Shown here: positions 16,055-19,617 of the stretch, piece by piece
Position numbering within the stretch: the stretch's first letter is position 1
Layout: every line of letters starts with the position of its first letter
Source: an uncultured delta proteobacterium
Lineage (GTDB): Bacteria > Desulfobacterota > WTBG01 > CAIYCZ01
Direction of reading: 5' to 3'
NCBI GenBank assembly: GCA_963803975.1
Contig: CAWDOY010000055.1
Span: forward strand, 1 to 19,617
DNA length: 19,617 nucleotides
Made by a program: the position numbers and the translations under genes
The notes under the pieces: generated by a model
Told to the model about the DNA's origin: nothing
What the model saw: the letters and a program-made list of their open reading frames with translations, nothing else
Database searches by the model: none

Positions 16055-17290
16055 ATGGCAGATTTTATGATACCGACTCAATTTGGACTCAGCGACGAGC
16101 GGAAGATGATGCTCGAAACGCTCAAAAAGTTTAAGGAAAAAGAGTGCCCCAAGGACAAGATTGGAGAATGGGACGAGCATGACCATTTCCCCAATGAAGT
16201 TTGGAAAAAGCTTGGACAGGAAGGTTTTCTGGGCGCATGCTTTCCTGAAGAGTACGGCGGAACCGGCGGAAACATTATTGATGAGACCCTTATTACAGAG
16301 GAAATCTCCAACAGCTTTTCAGCAATGGGCCTGTGCTACCTGACGGGTGTGTGCTTCGGCGGCATGTCAATACTTAAGTATGGTACTGAAGCGCAGAAGC
16401 AGAAATACCTGCCGCCCCTGATTGCCGGCGACTGGAATTTTGCGCTTTCTCTTACTGAGCCCGGCGGCGGTACCGATATTCTGGGTGCCCTCAAATCCCG
16501 CGCCGTGGAACAGCCGGACGGGAGTTTTATTGCCAACGGCGCCAAGATTTTTACCACCGGTATCCATGCGGCCAATACCGATGTGTTTATCGCCCGCACC
16601 GATGATATACCGAACAAGCCTGCCCGCGGCCTCTCTATTTTCCTTATTGACCGTGACAATATCGGCAAACAGGAAACAGACGGCGAGCTGATGAACCAGC
16701 CGTTCTGCAAGGGCGTAAGCTATAACAAGATTAAGAAGCTGGGAAGTCACATCCTGGCCTCCTTTGAAGTTGCTTTTGAAGATCTGAAACTTACCAAGGA
16801 CCAGATGCTTGGTGAGCGGGGCGCCGGATGGTATAACCTGCTTGCAACCCTGAACAATGAGCGCATTGTCTGCGCAGCAATCGCTGTCGGCCTTGCCCAG
16901 GGGTGCCTTGAAGAAGCGAACCAGTATGCAAAAGAGCGTGAGGCGTTTGGCAAGCCCATCGGGCAGTACCAGGCAATTCAGCATCAGCTCGCTGACATGG
17001 CAACGGAAATCGAGCTTGCCCGCCTGATTACCTACAAGGCGGCCTGGATGCAGTCAATGGGCATGGAGTGCGGCGTAGAAGCCACCATGGCAAAGATGTT
17101 CACCTCTGACATGGCGTTCCGCTGCACTGACCGGGCCATGAGAATTCTTGCCGGGTACGGCTTCACCATGGAATATCATATCCAGAGATACTACCGGGAC
17201 ATCCGCCAGCTGGTGTTTGCTCCGATCACCAACGAGATGTCCAAAAACTTTATTGGACAGGTAATGCTTGGCCAGAGCAAATCCTATTAA
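16055..17290 (+). CDS. Acyl-CoA dehydrogenase family protein
   Basis: FPEEYGGTG, SLTEPGGGTD, NGAKIFTT, REAFGKPIGQYQAIQHQLADM and GYGFTMEYHIQRYYRD motifs; SD AAGGAG. Confidence 0.95.
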   Translation: MADFMIPTQFGLSDERKMMLETLKKFKEKECPKDKIGEWDEHDHFPNEVWKKLGQEGFLGACFPEEYGGTGGNIIDETLITEEISNSFSAMGLCYLTGVCFGGMSILKYGTEAQKQKYLPPLIAGDWNFALSLTEPGGGTDILGALKSRAVEQPDGSFIANGAKIFTTGIHAANTDVFIARTDDIPNKPARGLSIFLIDRDNIGKQETDGELMNQPFCKGVSYNKIKKLGSHILASFEVAFEDLKLTKDQMLGERGAGWYNLLATLNNERIVCAAIAVGLAQGCLEEANQYAKEREAFGKPIGQYQAIQHQLADMATEIELARLITYKAAWMQSMGMECGVEATMAKMFTSDMAFRCTDRAMRILAGYGFTMEYHIQRYYRDIRQLVFAPITNEMSKNFIGQVMLGQSKSY

Positions 17291-17303
17291 TGCGGGATAC
17301 TTT

Positions 17304-17350
17304 TAATTCCCCCCAGGCAGCTGTTTCCGCCTGGGGGGAATTATTCTTTA
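17304..17350 (+). terminator. Strong hairpin, likely intrinsic terminator
   Basis: Perfect 15-bp IR TAATTCCCCCCAGGC / GCCTGGGGGGAATTA followed by TTCTTT; a second small hairpin AAAACCC/GGGTTTT lies at ~17359-17379. Confidence 0.75.
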
Positions 17351-17501
17351 ATTTCCTTAAAACCCGGCAATAGGGTTTTTGCCTCCCTTAAAGTTAGTTA
17401 GCAAAAAAACGCCTCATTACGCACGTGCCTAAAAATAACCAGAATACCTGTTGTCAACAACAGAATGACAAAAAACAAATTGATAACAAGGAGGCTCGAT
17501 T

Positions 17502-17978
17502 ATGGAGCAAAAGTTTAACACCAGCTTAGTAGCAAATTTTGGCCCAGCCAAAATGCTTCCTGACCTCAAGTTTGCTGAAATGGAGCCGGGATGGGACTGC
17601 GGCGGCGGTACCTACAAGGTAACCAAAGAAGAAGTTGATAAATTTTCAAAGCTGATGGGTGATGCCAACAAAGGTGATGTAACGATACCGATCGGCATGA
17701 TCTATATCTTTGGCCTGCGCATCTGCTGGGACCGGAAAGTATTTCTTGATGGCGCTATCAGAGCCGGGGATAAGATCAGTTTTTTCAAGCCGGCAAAGAT
17801 TGGCGACACCATAACCACCAAGCTCTCCATTGCCGACAAGAAGGAAGTTAAAAAAGAAAAAGACGGCAAGGTGCGGATCAACAAGTTTCTCTATGTTGAC
17901 ATGAACGCAACCAACCAGAGCGGCGAGAAGATCGTGGATATTCAGATGAGCTTCCTGCTGCCGGCAACAATGCAATAA
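17502..17978 (+). CDS. MaoC-like hotdog-fold protein lacking the hydratase catalytic motif
   Basis: VTKEEVDKFSKLMGD...ISFFKPAKIGDTIT...ATNQSGEKIV hotdog pattern; no DxNxxH; SD AGGAGG. Confidence 0.75.
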   Translation: MEQKFNTSLVANFGPAKMLPDLKFAEMEPGWDCGGGTYKVTKEEVDKFSKLMGDANKGDVTIPIGMIYIFGLRICWDRKVFLDGAIRAGDKISFFKPAKIGDTITTKLSIADKKEVKKEKDGKVRINKFLYVDMNATNQSGEKIVDIQMSFLLPATMQ

Positions 17979-18004
17979 CCTTTTACGGATACATGGAGGA
18001 CGCC

Positions 18005-18436
18005 ATGAGTAAAATAGATTTCGCCAGCGTACAGGTAGGGGATACGCTTTCCTCAAAAAGCCTTGCGGTTTCACAGCAGCTTATCAATGAGTATGCCGAC
18101 ATCTGCGGCGATTACAACTCGATTCACGTCGATGTTGAGGGCATGAAGTCAAACACCATGTTCGGCGGTTCAACCATCGCCCACGGCACCATCAACGTCG
18201 AGCCCGTGCTGCAGGCGCTCTGCGACATCGAAGGCCGGCTGTGGCCTGCGGAAGGCAGCAAGATCGACCTGCAGTTCCGCGCGCCGGTGAAGCCGGGATT
18301 CACCATTGTGAGCAATCTGGTGGTGAAAGAGAAGAAGACCGAAGGCGGCAAGAATATCCTGGTCTGTGATATGAAGATCCAGAACAAAGACGGCGGCGAC
18401 TGCGCTATGGGCAGCACCGTAATTGTCTGCCCGTAA
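18005..18436 (+). CDS. MaoC-family (R)-specific enoyl-CoA hydratase/dehydratase
   Basis: Hydratase-2 motif YADICGDYNSIHVD...IAHG and FRAPVKPG; SD GGAGG at 17995-17999 supports ATG 18005. Confidence 0.88.
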   Translation: MSKIDFASVQVGDTLSSKSLAVSQQLINEYADICGDYNSIHVDVEGMKSNTMFGGSTIAHGTINVEPVLQALCDIEGRLWPAEGSKIDLQFRAPVKPGFTIVSNLVVKEKKTEGGKNILVCDMKIQNKDGGDCAMGSTVIVCP

Positions 18437-18535
18437 CAACGTGATGTATGCAACGCGGCCCGGACCGCGTTACATACCGGGACGGGCGAATCGAAGGTTC
18501 GCCTGCTGCTGATCATGCCTCATGATTTGACAGCT

Positions 18536-18572
18536 AAAACCGGAACCGCCGTTTCCGGAGGTTCCGGTTTTT
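18536..18572 (+). terminator. Likely intrinsic terminator (possibly bidirectional)
   Basis: AAAACCGGAACC / GGTTCCGGTTTT 12-bp IR ending in a T run. Confidence 0.65.
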
Positions 18573-18638
18573 GAAATATATATTATAGTATAGCGGTTCT
18601 CAGTCGGTTAACACTTAAACGTATTCGGAGGATGCTCA

Positions 18639-19601
18639 ATGAAGATAAGCAAAGATATCAAAATTGACCTGTTTACCCGCATGGTAAAAGTCAGAACCTT
18701 TGAGGATGACACAAACAAGATTTTCATGGCAGGAAAAGAGATGCCCGGCTTTCTGCACCTGTCACAGGGCGAAGATGCAATGGCCGCAGGGACATGCGCC
18801 AACCTGGAAATAAACGATGCCATTTACACCACCCACCGCGGTCATGGCTGCATCATCGCCAAGGGCGCTGACCTGAAGCCCATGATGGCAGAGCTCTTCG
18901 GCCGCATCGACGGCTGCTGTAAGGGCCGCGCCGGCTCCATGCACTTTGCGGACGTGAAGACCGGCTGCATGGGCTCCAACGGCGTGGTCGGCGAAGGCAT
19001 GCGGCTTGCGGTCGGCACCGCGTTCGCGCAGAAATACAACAAGACCAACAACGTCACCGCCGTGTTCTTCGGCGAGGGCGCAAGCGGGACCGGCTCTTTC
19101 CATGAATCATTCAACATGGCCGCGACGCTGAAGCTGCCGGTAATTTTTGTGTGCAGCATCAACCTGTACGCGCAGATGACCCACAAATCAGTCCATATCG
19201 CCATTGAAGACATGGCGGAACGCGCTGCCGGCTACGGCGCGCCGGGTGTCACCTTTGACGGCAACGATGTGGAGGTGGTGTATGAGGAAGTCGCCAAGGC
19301 GGTAAAACACTGCCGCGCCGGCAAGGGCCCGTACCTGGTCGAGGGTAAGACCTACCGCCACTACGGGCACTATATCGGAGACCCCTGCAACTACCGGCCC
19401 GCCGGAGAGCTCGAGGAATGGATGAAGAAAGACCCGGTGGTGCTCTATGAGAAGAAGCTTCTGAAGGAAGGCGTGCTTGACGCGAAGGGCGTCCAGCAGA
19501 TAAAGGACGAGTGCAAGAGACTGGTCGACGAGGCGGTTGAATACGCGCGCAAGAGCCCGCAGCCGGAGATTGAAGAACTCTACGTGGATATATTCGCATA
19601 A
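18639..19601 (+). CDS. ThDP-dependent dehydrogenase E1 component alpha subunit (AcoA/PdhA-like)
   Basis: GFLHLSQGE, THRGHG, GRAGSMH, ThDP motif FFGEGA...SINLYA, DGND and TYRHYGHYIGDP. Confidence 0.92.
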   Translation: MKISKDIKIDLFTRMVKVRTFEDDTNKIFMAGKEMPGFLHLSQGEDAMAAGTCANLEINDAIYTTHRGHGCIIAKGADLKPMMAELFGRIDGCCKGRAGSMHFADVKTGCMGSNGVVGEGMRLAVGTAFAQKYNKTNNVTAVFFGEGASGTGSFHESFNMAATLKLPVIFVCSINLYAQMTHKSVHIAIEDMAERAAGYGAPGVTFDGNDVEVVYEEVAKAVKHCRAGKGPYLVEGKTYRHYGHYIGDPCNYRPAGELEEWMKKDPVVLYEKKLLKEGVLDAKGVQQIKDECKRLVDEAVEYARKSPQPEIEELYVDIFA

Positions 19602-19617
19602 ATTAATTTCTAACATA

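Noticed and set aside
4939..19601. Functional link between the thiamine genes and the ThDP-dependent E1
   Set aside because: They are about 11 kb apart and separated by unrelated housekeeping genes, with no shared regulatory motif seen.

Overview
Bacterial chromosomal window. Gene content and order (long PurQ, argS-SPOR, sigma54-type catabolic locus) suggest an anaerobic Desulfobacterota/deltaproteobacterial-like organism; this is inference only. In order: the 3' part of a TMTC-like membrane/TPR gene, purQ, a Zn-ribbon Nudix hydrolase, two type II toxin-antitoxin modules (vapBC, hicBA), a reverse-strand thiDN-thiC thiamine operon, rodZ-like, DUF62 SAM hydrolase, a flavin-binding split-barrel protein, a reverse-strand AlbA_2/Schlafen-wHTH + DUF763 + DUF402 trio, argS-SPOR-cutA, and the start of a probable sigma54-controlled catabolic cluster (acyl-CoA dehydrogenase, two MaoC/hotdog proteins, ThDP-dependent E1 alpha). 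Four genes are broken by small indels in two patches, most likely assembly error. The most unusual non-coding signal is a set of degenerate 7-, 8- and 9-mer tandem-repeat arms in many intergenic spaces. They occur mostly as purine-rich left arms and pyrimidine-rich right arms, are sometimes nested, and are densest around the TA modules, where a 49-bp direct repeat brackets vapBC. No CRISPR array, tRNA, rRNA, transposase or integrase was recognised.
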